The notes under the pieces were generated by a model. That model saw only the letters and a program-made list of their open reading frames with translations, was not told the origin of the DNA and searched no databases. Both the position numbers and the translations under genes were made by a program. A stretch of 64,000 nt of DNA from a virus (Duplodnaviria; Heunggongvirae; Uroviricota; Caudoviricetes). The stretch lies in IMG/VR virus record IMGVR_UViG_2585427754_000004; one strand, given 5' to 3'. Positions 56,139 to 64,000 of this stretch are shown here, one piece after another (within the stretch, counting starts at the first letter, position 1; each line of letters opens with the position of its first letter).

Positions 56139-57824
56139 ATGAATACAGCCCTTTCCATCATCGACGATGCCAACTCAAACACTGCTATCGACTATCGGCA
56201 GGAAATGAACGTCATCCACGAAATTGTGGCCGAGTGCGAGAAAGAGATCGCCTTCATGTATCAGGTACACGACTTCGTTTATGGCGACGAACGCCACAAC
56301 ATGATTAATCGCCTGCTGAGACTAAACCATCGACCAGATGAAGATCGCTCGCGTTTAAATCGAGGTTGGTTGGATAAAGTCGATCTGGAATGGGTGAAAC
56401 AGAATATTTGGGCCGAGTACTGGAGTAAGGTCACGGACATGACTAACGTTTTGCTGATCATGCCAGCTTCCCGTCGAGATGAGTGGCGCGAGCAGTTTAT
56501 AGAGGGCAAACAGGAAGTCATCAAAACTGACAGAACCGGCTACCAGATGAAGGTTAAAGAGTTCGTTGGTGTACCGGAGTTCAAAGCAGAAACGGTCATA
56601 CCCACGATGCTTAATTTGCTGAATGACAGGCACAAATATCTCTCTGAGCGCGTGTATGGCTTGTTTAAGGCGCTGAGTCCTGCGCACAAGACAAATAAGA
56701 CAAACGGTTTCAGCGAGCGTCTGATAATCGCTGACTGCATTTCTGATTTCTGGCGGGACAGCGTTAGCGTGAACTATCGCAAAGAGGACTACATCGACGA
56801 TCTGCGTGTCTTGCTTCATTTCTTCGCGCACAAAGAATTTATTACCATCAACCGCACTGCTGAGGTGCTATCAGCTGCGTATCGAGCAAACGACTGCCAG
56901 ACCGGTGACTGGATGAACGTCGATGGAAATCTGATGCGCGTGAAGATGTTCAAGAACGGCAACGTTCACTTTGAAATACATCCTGACGTGGCCTGGAAGT
57001 TGAATGAGGTGCTGGCTTACAGTATGCCTGCTGCAATCCCCGCGCCATGCCGAACTGCGCCAAAAACACGGGCACCAAAGCAGTTCGGGTTAATCCAGAA
57101 GACGATCTCCGTGCCGGTTCGCACTGCGCTTCGTGACGGGCGATTGAGCAAAGACAAAGGCGTATGGTACTTCTCTGATTCAGCTCTCCAGAAGTCGCAG
57201 GTGGAAGAGCTTGAGCGCACACTGAGCTTCATTGGCGGCGTGCAGGAGAAAAAGCACTGGCAGTTCCCGTATGACATCGGCCATACGCTAAATACGATTG
57301 TGGCTACCGGTTTAATACCGGATACAAAATCACACCAGTTCTACCCTACCCCACGCTTGATTGCTGAGTACGTTGCCAGAGCCACTGAATTGAAGCCTGG
57401 TGAGAAGCTGCTGGAGCCTCAAGCCGGACGTGGGGATCTTCTGGCCTATATTAACGCCGATCTGGAAGATGTTACCTGCATAGAAATCGCACCTCTCTTC
57501 GCTGATATCCTGCGTGGAAAAGGGTATACGAACACGATTTGCTGCGACTTCATAAAGTGGTCTGAGGACAACGCAGGTTATCAGTTCGACAAAATCGTTA
57601 TGAACCCGCCGTACTCGCTTGGTCGTCATAGAGAGCACACGCTGGCTGCGCTGGGGCATCTGAAAGTCGGCGGGCGTCTTGTAGCAGTATTGCCGGGCAC
57701 TGCGCCAATACTGGACTGGATGACGATGGATAATTACGTTTATGCCAGAGGGAAGTCGTTTACCAACGAGTTTGAAGACACAGGGATCACAGTCAGCGTA
57801 TACGTTTTCAAACGCGTTAAATGA
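56139..57824 (+). CDS. Large protein with C-terminal SAM-dependent N6-adenine methyltransferase domain
   Basis: Motif I LEPQAGRGDL followed by motif IV MNPPYS in the C-terminal third; about 370-aa N-terminal region of unknown function. Confidence 0.5.
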   Translation: MNTALSIIDDANSNTAIDYRQEMNVIHEIVAECEKEIAFMYQVHDFVYGDERHNMINRLLRLNHRPDEDRSRLNRGWLDKVDLEWVKQNIWAEYWSKVTDMTNVLLIMPASRRDEWREQFIEGKQEVIKTDRTGYQMKVKEFVGVPEFKAETVIPTMLNLLNDRHKYLSERVYGLFKALSPAHKTNKTNGFSERLIIADCISDFWRDSVSVNYRKEDYIDDLRVLLHFFAHKEFITINRTAEVLSAAYRANDCQTGDWMNVDGNLMRVKMFKNGNVHFEIHPDVAWKLNEVLAYSMPAAIPAPCRTAPKTRAPKQFGLIQKTISVPVRTALRDGRLSKDKGVWYFSDSALQKSQVEELERTLSFIGGVQEKKHWQFPYDIGHTLNTIVATGLIPDTKSHQFYPTPRLIAEYVARATELKPGEKLLEPQAGRGDLLAYINADLEDVTCIEIAPLFADILRGKGYTNTICCDFIKWSEDNAGYQFDKIVMNPPYSLGRHREHTLAALGHLKVGGRLVAVLPGTAPILDWMTMDNYVYARGKSFTNEFEDTGITVSVYVFKRVK

Positions 57825-57884
57825 TAGGTAAATACTTACTTAATTTGTGTAAGAATGTAATAACTAAACGATAAGAGAAAACAC

Positions 57885-58589
57885 ATGAACAACCTCCAGT
57901 TAGAGCATTTTAACGTCACAGGCCATTCTGATTTTCCTTTCAAGTTTACATTGAAAGGTTATGCAGAGGATGCGGTAGGCCAGATCATTATTGATAAAGG
58001 CATCGTTAAGTTTGAGGGGGATTTTGATGAATCCGCGAAAACATTCATAGACTTCGTTGCCAAACGTTGGAGCGAGCAATGGAAAGACCTGGAAAAGCGC
58101 GCTAGTGAGTTTGATCGGTTCATGGATGCAATGGATACAGCAAAAGAGGCTCTTGCTGCCGGGACTCCGTTAGATCTGGAGTCACTTTTCAACGGCGAAG
58201 TGGCCTCTGCGATGTTCGCCACCATGTTCGCGGGTGAGTTCGTCCGCAGCGGTGCCAAAAACTACCTTGAGCTGGATTACAACGTCCCTGCAATTGGCGA
58301 TTTCGTCGTTACCATCCAACGCAAAGAAGGTAAGACGCCAGGTGAACGCGTCGCAGAGCTTGAGGCCGTTGTGGATCAGCGTAACGGAGAGTGTGACCGT
58401 TTGATCAACGAGCTTCATGCACTTCGGGAAGAAAGAATATGCGCGGGTAGCAATACACGTAATGCAGCGGATATCTACTTCCAGTTAGTTGAGGAATGCC
58501 AGATTCCACCAGGCGGCTCTCTTGTCGATTACGTCAGACATTTAATGACGGAAGTTAACTCCAGCCATAAAGATGGTGAGGTGCGCTGA
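57885..58589 (+). CDS. Hypothetical protein
   Basis: 234-aa ORF with AAAACACATG initiation sequence. Confidence 0.35.
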   Translation: MNNLQLEHFNVTGHSDFPFKFTLKGYAEDAVGQIIIDKGIVKFEGDFDESAKTFIDFVAKRWSEQWKDLEKRASEFDRFMDAMDTAKEALAAGTPLDLESLFNGEVASAMFATMFAGEFVRSGAKNYLELDYNVPAIGDFVVTIQRKEGKTPGERVAELEAVVDQRNGECDRLINELHALREERICAGSNTRNAADIYFQLVEECQIPPGGSLVDYVRHLMTEVNSSHKDGEVR

Positions 58590-58969
58590 TGTTTGGCATT
58601 GACGCACAGCGTGTAGCCGCTTTTGCAAAAAGCCCTCTTGATAATCCCTTGTCTCGTAGTGAGCAAATGGAGCTGGCAAGGCTTTTTCTTCACATTCAAA
58701 AACAGGCAGACATTTTCAATAACATGCCTAATCAACCTATTCTGGATGGTCACATCCAGATGGTCATTAACAGTCATGAGAAAGGCTGGGCTGCAATCGT
58801 CCCCTGCACAATTACATACAAGTTGGCGAAAGAGGTTCAAGAGTTTCGAAAAGCCAGTGTCGAATCGGAGTCTACCAAAGCCGCAATAAACACTCTTATT
58901 CGCATGGGGTTCACATGGACCGGTGGAGCCTACTGGCAAGCACCTCAACCCATTTTATCCGGCAATTAG
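58589..58969 (+). CDS. Hypothetical protein
   Basis: 126-aa ORF, start overlaps previous stop. Confidence 0.3.
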   Translation: MFGIDAQRVAAFAKSPLDNPLSRSEQMELARLFLHIQKQADIFNNMPNQPILDGHIQMVINSHEKGWAAIVPCTITYKLAKEVQEFRKASVESESTKAAINTLIRMGFTWTGGAYWQAPQPILSGN

Positions 58970-59107
58970 GCGCTACAAATCCTTCTGCATGAATAAATAA
59001 AGGCCATAAGTTATGGCCTTAAATAAATTGTTTTCTACCTTTTCTTATTTGTGAAAATAAACCAGCACTTGGTAGTGCTTATGTAACAGCAAAGAAGAGA
59101 AAAACAC

Positions 59108-59659
59108 ATGAGTAACAAAATCGAAAATCCCGTAGTTCTCATTCACAAGCGCGAGAACCACGACTCCTATGCGGTGGCGATCACCAATGGGAGTCACGAT
59201 TTTTACGATGGCCTGCTAATGGCCTCAGTGTCGCCTGATGAGGCAGATAACTCTTTTGCCGTCTTCGCTATGGTTGGTTACTACATGGCTGCCGAAATTG
59301 AGAAGTTGCGGGCGCAGAGAGACGCATTAGCGGCGGAGAATGTGGCATTGCGATCTAAGGCTGCGGAACTGGCACATGAAGCGTCAAAAATTTACTCGGC
59401 ATATAACGCCACTATCACAGAGCCTGACGGGGATTTTATGGACATGCAGACATTGCATGAAATGCAGTGCATAGAAACTCCAGCCACCGATGCTTTTCTG
59501 GCTGAAGTACGTGCGCAGGGCGTGGATATGGCTCGTAACGCGATGATTGATTTTGTTGATGGTGAAGTTGGGCCAAACAAGAACGTTCCGGGGCTGATTA
59601 GAGGCGCAGAGATATGCGTAAGTATTGCTGAACAGCTTCGCAAAGGAGGCAACCAGTGA
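59108..59659 (+). CDS. Hypothetical protein
   Basis: 183-aa ORF with AAAACACATG initiation sequence. Confidence 0.35.
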   Translation: MSNKIENPVVLIHKRENHDSYAVAITNGSHDFYDGLLMASVSPDEADNSFAVFAMVGYYMAAEIEKLRAQRDALAAENVALRSKAAELAHEASKIYSAYNATITEPDGDFMDMQTLHEMQCIETPATDAFLAEVRAQGVDMARNAMIDFVDGEVGPNKNVPGLIRGAEICVSIAEQLRKGGNQ

Positions 59660-60732
59660 GCAAGATTGACTATCAGGCACTGCGTGAAAAGGCAGAGAAA
59701 GCAACGTGTGGCGAGTGGTCGCTAGAATATGGAGATGGCAGATTTGATGGTGATGATGCACTAATTCATCGCGAGGCTGCTGGATATATTCCCATTTGCA
59801 GAATTGAAGGAGCGCATCCTGAAAGCGGTTTCGATGAAGATTTCCAAATGGAGCAGCAGGCCAATGCTGAATTCATCGCCGCAGCCAACCCGGCTACTGT
59901 GCTGGTATTACTGGATGAACGGGAAAGGAACCAGCAATACATCAAACGCCGTGACCAGGAGAACGAGGATATTGCGCTAACGGTTGGGAAGCTGCGCGTT
60001 GAGCTGGAAGCCGCAGAGAAGCGCATTGCTGAACTGGAGTCACTGATGGAACCAAAGTTACCGCAGCCAGCGGTGGTTGACAACGATAAGTTCCGAGCGG
60101 ATTTTGAACGGTGGATGGTTGAGGATGAAAAGTGCATCGTAGGAAGCTCTGACCCTTATCCAGCTGGGATTGAGTCACGCAACTGGAGAGCATGGAACGC
60201 CTGCCGCGCCGCCATGCTTCAGAGTCAAGATAGTGGCATTAAGGATAGCTGGATAAGCTGTAGTGAGCGAATGCCTGTAATCGGCGAGCTAAATTGGAGA
60301 ACTGGTTTTCCTTTGCTGATTACGTGTGAGATCGGCGTTATACCAGCTTATTACGGCTTTGTGAGCGTTAATGGGGGTAAGCATTATGGTTTTATGGAAA
60401 GTTTTAAATACGGAGACGATAACGGCAACCATCCTCAAACTAATGAATATGGTCTGATTAGCAATGTCACACACTGGATGCCACTACCAGAACGCCGCAG
60501 GAGTCGAACAGTGAATAATGCAGAGTTATTTCAGAAAATATCGGCTCTCGCGACTGAATGCCACGCTATAGCATCTGAGCTTGATGTTGGCGATGAACGA
60601 ACCGAGATGTTCGAAATATACAGTGTGCTGCGCAATCTCTGTCGGCGTGGCTACGCCACTCAAGTAGGGCGAATGACTAACCCACTACTCTCATCCTGTG
60701 ATGAGGATGACTCGGATGAGGATGACGAATGA
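59656..60732 (+). CDS. Hypothetical protein with central coiled coil (possibly Ead/Ea22-like)
   Basis: 358-aa ORF overlapping neighbours; coiled-coil segment LTVGKLRVELEAAEKRIAELESL. Confidence 0.3.
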   Translation: MSKIDYQALREKAEKATCGEWSLEYGDGRFDGDDALIHREAAGYIPICRIEGAHPESGFDEDFQMEQQANAEFIAAANPATVLVLLDERERNQQYIKRRDQENEDIALTVGKLRVELEAAEKRIAELESLMEPKLPQPAVVDNDKFRADFERWMVEDEKCIVGSSDPYPAGIESRNWRAWNACRAAMLQSQDSGIKDSWISCSERMPVIGELNWRTGFPLLITCEIGVIPAYYGFVSVNGGKHYGFMESFKYGDDNGNHPQTNEYGLISNVTHWMPLPERRRSRTVNNAELFQKISALATECHAIASELDVGDERTEMFEIYSVLRNLCRRGYATQVGRMTNPLLSSCDEDDSDEDDE

Positions 60733-61112
60733 TGCATAAATCAGTAGCCGGTGAGTTTCAGAAGGAAGTCGATAATACCACTGATCTATTGGACGATATT
60801 TTAAGCATTCTCGCGCTGCTTGAGGCTGGCGATTGGTCAGAACATTGCACTAAAACAGAGCTAGGCGGTCGGCTTGAAAGAGAGATTACACGACTGATTA
60901 GCGATGCCCAAAATGATTTGTCACCTGAGCATCTCCCCTGCGATGTAGTTCTTGTGCCAGGGATGAGGATACACGAAGGCGTCAGAACGAAAACATTATT
61001 AACCGCATTACAGAGAAGAGCCGAACTAAGCTCGCGGATAAAGTTGATGCCATCCAAAATATTTGATGTCGTCAAATTTACGCCATCGCAACATACCGAG
61101 AGAGATAAATGA
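60729..61112 (+). CDS. Hypothetical protein
   Basis: 127-aa ORF, translationally coupled to neighbours. Confidence 0.3.
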   Translation: MMHKSVAGEFQKEVDNTTDLLDDILSILALLEAGDWSEHCTKTELGGRLEREITRLISDAQNDLSPEHLPCDVVLVPGMRIHEGVRTKTLLTALQRRAELSSRIKLMPSKIFDVVKFTPSQHTERDK

Positions 61113-61735
61113 GCACGGTAGCGAAAGATCTCACAGAAGATATTCTCAATGAAATTATTGCTGGTGCAAATACCTCGCTTGAGCAACTTCTTGCGTTAGC
61201 ACTGAGAGCCGAACGTCGAGACAGAAATCGTTTTTATGAGCGATTACCAGGGAAGCGACCAGATAGATCGGATGAAGAAGGTTGCGATATAGACTACATG
61301 GAGCCTTCAGAGATTTATCAACTTGGTAAAGATGACGGCTGGAACGCTTATCACGATGCTGTGATGAAGTTGGATGAAAAAGTTAAACCTCTTTCTCGAC
61401 CGGTAGATCACGGTTTCCGCGATAACTGCGAATGCTCTAGTTGCCAGACCACGGCCCGTATTTGTTCCGAATTGACAGATAAGTCCAGCCTAATCTACGA
61501 AGTTAATGTAGGCGGTAATACATGGGTCGAATGCACAAGAGCTGCATACGTAAGAGCAAAAGACAAGGGTGAATTAACCAGAGTTGTTACCAATCACCCA
61601 AATAATGAGCTTAAAGATCACCAGATTCGAGAACTGGTGAACGAGTTGAGAGATATTGCGGTTCAGTACCACGGAACGCAGCAATTGCGGGAGAAGATTG
61701 CCAGAGCAGTGAACAACTCAGTCCGTAAAAAATAA
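61109..61735 (+). CDS. Hypothetical protein (last gene of the co-directional block)
   Basis: 208-aa ORF followed by a hairpin at 61753..61777. Confidence 0.3.
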   Translation: MSTVAKDLTEDILNEIIAGANTSLEQLLALALRAERRDRNRFYERLPGKRPDRSDEEGCDIDYMEPSEIYQLGKDDGWNAYHDAVMKLDEKVKPLSRPVDHGFRDNCECSSCQTTARICSELTDKSSLIYEVNVGGNTWVECTRAAYVRAKDKGELTRVVTNHPNNELKDHQIRELVNELRDIAVQYHGTQQLREKIARAVNNSVRKK

Positions 61736-61948
61736 GCAATAGTACGATAAAGAGGCCCCATGCTCTTGATGGGGCCTGTAGCAACTAGCGTTATGGACGC
61801 TGGTTTACGTACTCAATGATCGCTTTGATAATCGCGAACATCGGCGGCACGATTTTGAACAGTAAGTTAACCATAACAGGCCTCACTTAGTTTTATCGCG
61901 CCTAGCTGCAAATACCTTTGGGATTGCCTTTGCAGTTGCAATATCTGT

Positions 61949-61968
61949 AGTCGCCAGATACTTACGGC
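61949..61968 (+). repeat. 20-bp direct repeat, copy 1 (AGTCGCCAGATACTTACGGC)
   Basis: 19/20 identical to the copy at 62122..62141, 173 bp away, in the non-coding stretch between the mobile element and the umuD-like gene. Confidence 0.6.
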
Positions 61969-62121
61969 ACGATTTCGAGTTAAGGTAAGGTTTTAGAGTC
62001 ACCAAAAACCTGGACTTAAATCTTCTTTGAGAACAACGATGTTTAGTAAATGGTCATTATTACCTGGTATGACCACTCAACGTTTCTTGATGAATCCAGT
62101 ACATTCGGTTAATCTTAATTC

Positions 62122-62141
62122 AGTCGCCAGATACTTATGGC
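62122..62141 (+). repeat. 20-bp direct repeat, copy 2 (AGTCGCCAGATACTTATGGC)
   Basis: See copy 1. Confidence 0.6.
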
Positions 62142-62174
62142 TCAGGAACAGAGCCTCAAACTCTGTTTCCCTTT

Positions 62175-62205
62175 AAAAAGCCCAGCCTAGTCAACTGGGC
62201 TTTTT
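62175..62205. terminator. Bidirectional terminator hairpin
   Basis: AAAAAGCCCAG-cctagtcaa-CTGGGCTTTTT, preceded by a second hairpin at 62145..62170. Confidence 0.6.
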
Positions 62206-62500
62206 AATGTCTATTTTTAACCCAACATACCCTCAATACTGCAACATCAGTGTCTTGCGAATTAAGATAGTGTGAATAGATTTTTCATGCAAGTGCATAA
62301 GCCTGTGGATAACTCAGGAAGGAAAAAGTGACTTCTGCGCACTTTAGACCGGACAAGGCGTTCGAAAAAGTCAATGGGAAGAAAAAATTTGTTAAAAATA
62401 ACGTTTGTTTGAATTGTATATATTTATGCCTTTCAATAGTTAGCATCTTATTAACATCTTTTTTAAGAGATAGAGTTCAAAAATATATAGCTTCAATATA

Positions 62501-62520
62501 TACTGTATGTGTATACAGTA
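62501..62520 (+). promoter_or_regulatory. LexA (SOS) box
   Basis: TACTGTATGTGTATACAGTA fits CTGT-N8-ACAG and is nearly a perfect palindrome; 16 bp upstream of the umuD-like start, with AAGAGG ribosome-binding site between. Confidence 0.75.
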
Positions 62521-62536
62521 TTAAGAGGCGAGTATT

Positions 62537-62926
62537 ATGGGCTTCCCTTCTCCTGCGGCGGATTATGCTGAGAGCCGTATTTCTCTTGATCAGCAGATAA
62601 TTAGACATCCTTCAGCGACCTACTTCATGAGGGCAGCTGATAGTCATCATCGTGAGGGAATATTACAGGGTGCATTGCTGGTGGTCGATTCCTCACTTAC
62701 CCCGGTTGATGGTTCTCTGCTTGTATGCGCTCTGGATGGGGAATATCGCGTAAAAAGATACCGGAAGTACCCACGTCAGCATCTGGAGGATTTAAGAACC
62801 GGTAAGAAGGAAGCATTGCCAAAGGATGACGATGGATGCACGGGCAGCAATGCCGTGTTTGGTGTGATCACTCACATTATCAACGACGCAAGAAGTGGCG
62901 AGTTTGATGATTGTCCCGTGATGTAG
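62537..62926 (+). CDS. umuD: UmuD'-like protein (LexA/S24 peptidase fold) encoded without the N-terminal arm
   Basis: Starts MGFPSPAADY, i.e. at the Cys-Gly cleavage site of UmuD; retains the Ser (AADSH) and Lys (RVKR) dyad and GVITHII near the C-terminus. No umuC follows. Confidence 0.65.
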   Translation: MGFPSPAADYAESRISLDQQIIRHPSATYFMRAADSHHREGILQGALLVVDSSLTPVDGSLLVCALDGEYRVKRYRKYPRQHLEDLRTGKKEALPKDDDGCTGSNAVFGVITHIINDARSGEFDDCPVM

Positions 62927-62938
62927 GAGAACTGATTA

Positions 62939-62963
62939 GGCGGTGCAATGCACCGCCTTTTTA
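62939..62963. terminator. Bidirectional terminator between the umuD-like gene and apbC
   Basis: GGCGGTGCA-a-TGCACCGCC followed by TTTTTA. Confidence 0.65.
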
Positions 62964-64000
62964 TCACACTGCGCGGAATGCGATTTCGCCAGGTATTACT
63001 TCACCTTGCCAATACATTTGGGCGGCAACGCGATCTGCGAGGTCACGATAAATAGCCGTAAATTCGCTATCTGGACGACTAATAACGGTTGGTGTTCCGT
63101 TATCCAGATCTTCACGAAGAGAGATATGAAGTGGCATTTGGCCTAACAACTGCGTGTTGTATTTCTCGGCCAGTTTCTGTGCGCCACCGGTGCCAAAAAT
63201 TGGCTCGTGATGACCGCAGTTACTGCAAATATGCACACTCATGTTTTCGACGATACCCAGTACCGGCACTTCGACTTTTTCGAACATCACAATGCCTTTC
63301 TTCGCATCGATCAGCGCGATGTCTTGCGGCGTAGTTACCACAACCGCACCAGTTACAGGAATGTTCTGCGCCAGCGTCAACTGAATATCACCAGTGCCCG
63401 GCGGCATATCGAGAACGAGATAGTCCAGATCAGGCCATAGAGTTTCCTGCAACATCTGCATCAGCGCCTTGCTGGCCATCGGTCCACGCCACACCATTGC
63501 ATTGTCGTCGGTGACCAGATAACCAATAGAGTTGGTTGCCAGGCCATGAGACATGATAGGTGCCATGTGAGTACCGTCAGGTGAGGTTGGACGTTGGTTT
63601 TCCGCGCCCAGCATGGTTGGAATTGATGGACCATAGATATCGGCATCCAAAATACCAACTTTCGCACCTTCAGCAGCCAACGCCAGTGCCAGGTTTACCG
63701 CCGTGGAGGATTTACCCACGCCGCCCTTGCCTGAGCTGACGGCGATAATGTTCTTAACGCCATTAATGCCTGGTTGGTTTTTGACGCGCTTAAGCGTGGC
63801 AATGTTGTACGACAGCTTCCAGTCAATAGCCTTTGCGCCAGTGATACGGAGCAGATCACCACTACATTGCTCTTTCAGGTCTTCAAAAGGCTTATTCCAC
63901 ACGAAAGGCATGATTAGTTCGACATGCAGTGTGTCATCCATCAACGCAACATGGTGTAACGCTTTAAGCGTAGTCAGGTTGTGTTTCAGGGTTGGGTGCT
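62964..64000 (-). CDS. apbC: Fe-S cluster carrier ATPase ApbC/Mrp, 3' portion (5' end outside window)
   Basis: Near-identical to enterobacterial ApbC over the visible length: Walker A SSGKGGVGKSSTAVNLALALA, CSNCGHHEP and C-terminal WQGEVIPGEIAFRAV. ORF runs off the window end. Confidence 0.9.
   Translation of the reverse strand, partial: HPTLKHNLTTLKALHHVALMDDTLHVELIMPFVWNKPFEDLKEQCSGDLLRITGAKAIDWKLSYNIATLKRVKNQPGINGVKNIIAVSSGKGGVGKSSTAVNLALALAAEGAKVGILDADIYGPSIPTMLGAENQRPTSPDGTHMAPIMSHGLATNSIGYLVTDDNAMVWRGPMASKALMQMLQETLWPDLDYLVLDMPPGTGDIQLTLAQNIPVTGAVVVTTPQDIALIDAKKGIVMFEKVEVPVLGIVENMSVHICSNCGHHEPIFGTGGAQKLAEKYNTQLLGQMPLHISLREDLDNGTPTVISRPDSEFTAIYRDLADRVAAQMYWQGEVIPGEIAFRAV

Noticed and set aside
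1-61735. Assignment of the element to T5-like or T4-like virulent phages
   Set aside because: T5- and T4-like phages use family A or B polymerases and lack plasmid replicons. Here the polymerase is DnaE-type, and an iteron/RepA replicon, partition genes, a toxin-antitoxin pair and an integrase are present. T4-like features are limited to individual recombination and nucleotide-metabolism genes.
62328-62600. 90-aa ORF upstream of and overlapping the umuD-like gene
   Set aside because: It spans the LexA box and promoter of the umuD-like gene and overlaps its start in another frame. Its translation is hydrophobic low-complexity sequence with no ribosome-binding site.

Overview
The window reads as one large mobile element of the phage-plasmid type that ends next to an enterobacterial chromosomal gene (apbC). 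Nearly all calls rest on motif-level reading of the supplied ORF translations; no database search was run. From left to right: (1) the 3' end of a tail-fiber gene with a C-terminal intramolecular chaperone domain, a glycine-rich adhesin-like gene, and a lysis cassette with overlapping Rz/Rz1-type spanins; (2) a plasmid-maintenance block with a GNAT/DUF1778 toxin-antitoxin pair and a ParA/RHH partition pair; (3) a large DNA replication, recombination and nucleotide-metabolism block: DnaB-like helicase, primase, ATP-dependent ligase, DNA polymerase III alpha (DnaE) with a separate DnaQ-like exonuclease, gp32-like SSB, RecA-like recombinase, flap endonuclease, SbcCD-like nuclease, RuvC-like resolvase, NrdAB, thymidylate synthase, DHFR, glutaredoxin, RNase H and two N6-adenine methyltransferases; (4) four tRNA genes (Asn, Tyr, Thr, Ser), a tyrosine recombinase and an HTH regulator; (5) an iteron-type RepA replicon with about 20 iterons at 21-bp periodicity, GATC clusters and a DnaA box; (6) a right-hand block of unknown genes, then a UmuD'-like gene with a canonical LexA box and the 3' part of apbC. 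Two intergenic motif families recur throughout and look like element-specific regulatory signals. The overall architecture resembles SSU5/pHCM2/P1-type phage-plasmids rather than T5 or T4, but that is from recollection only. Gene starts are approximate in several places.
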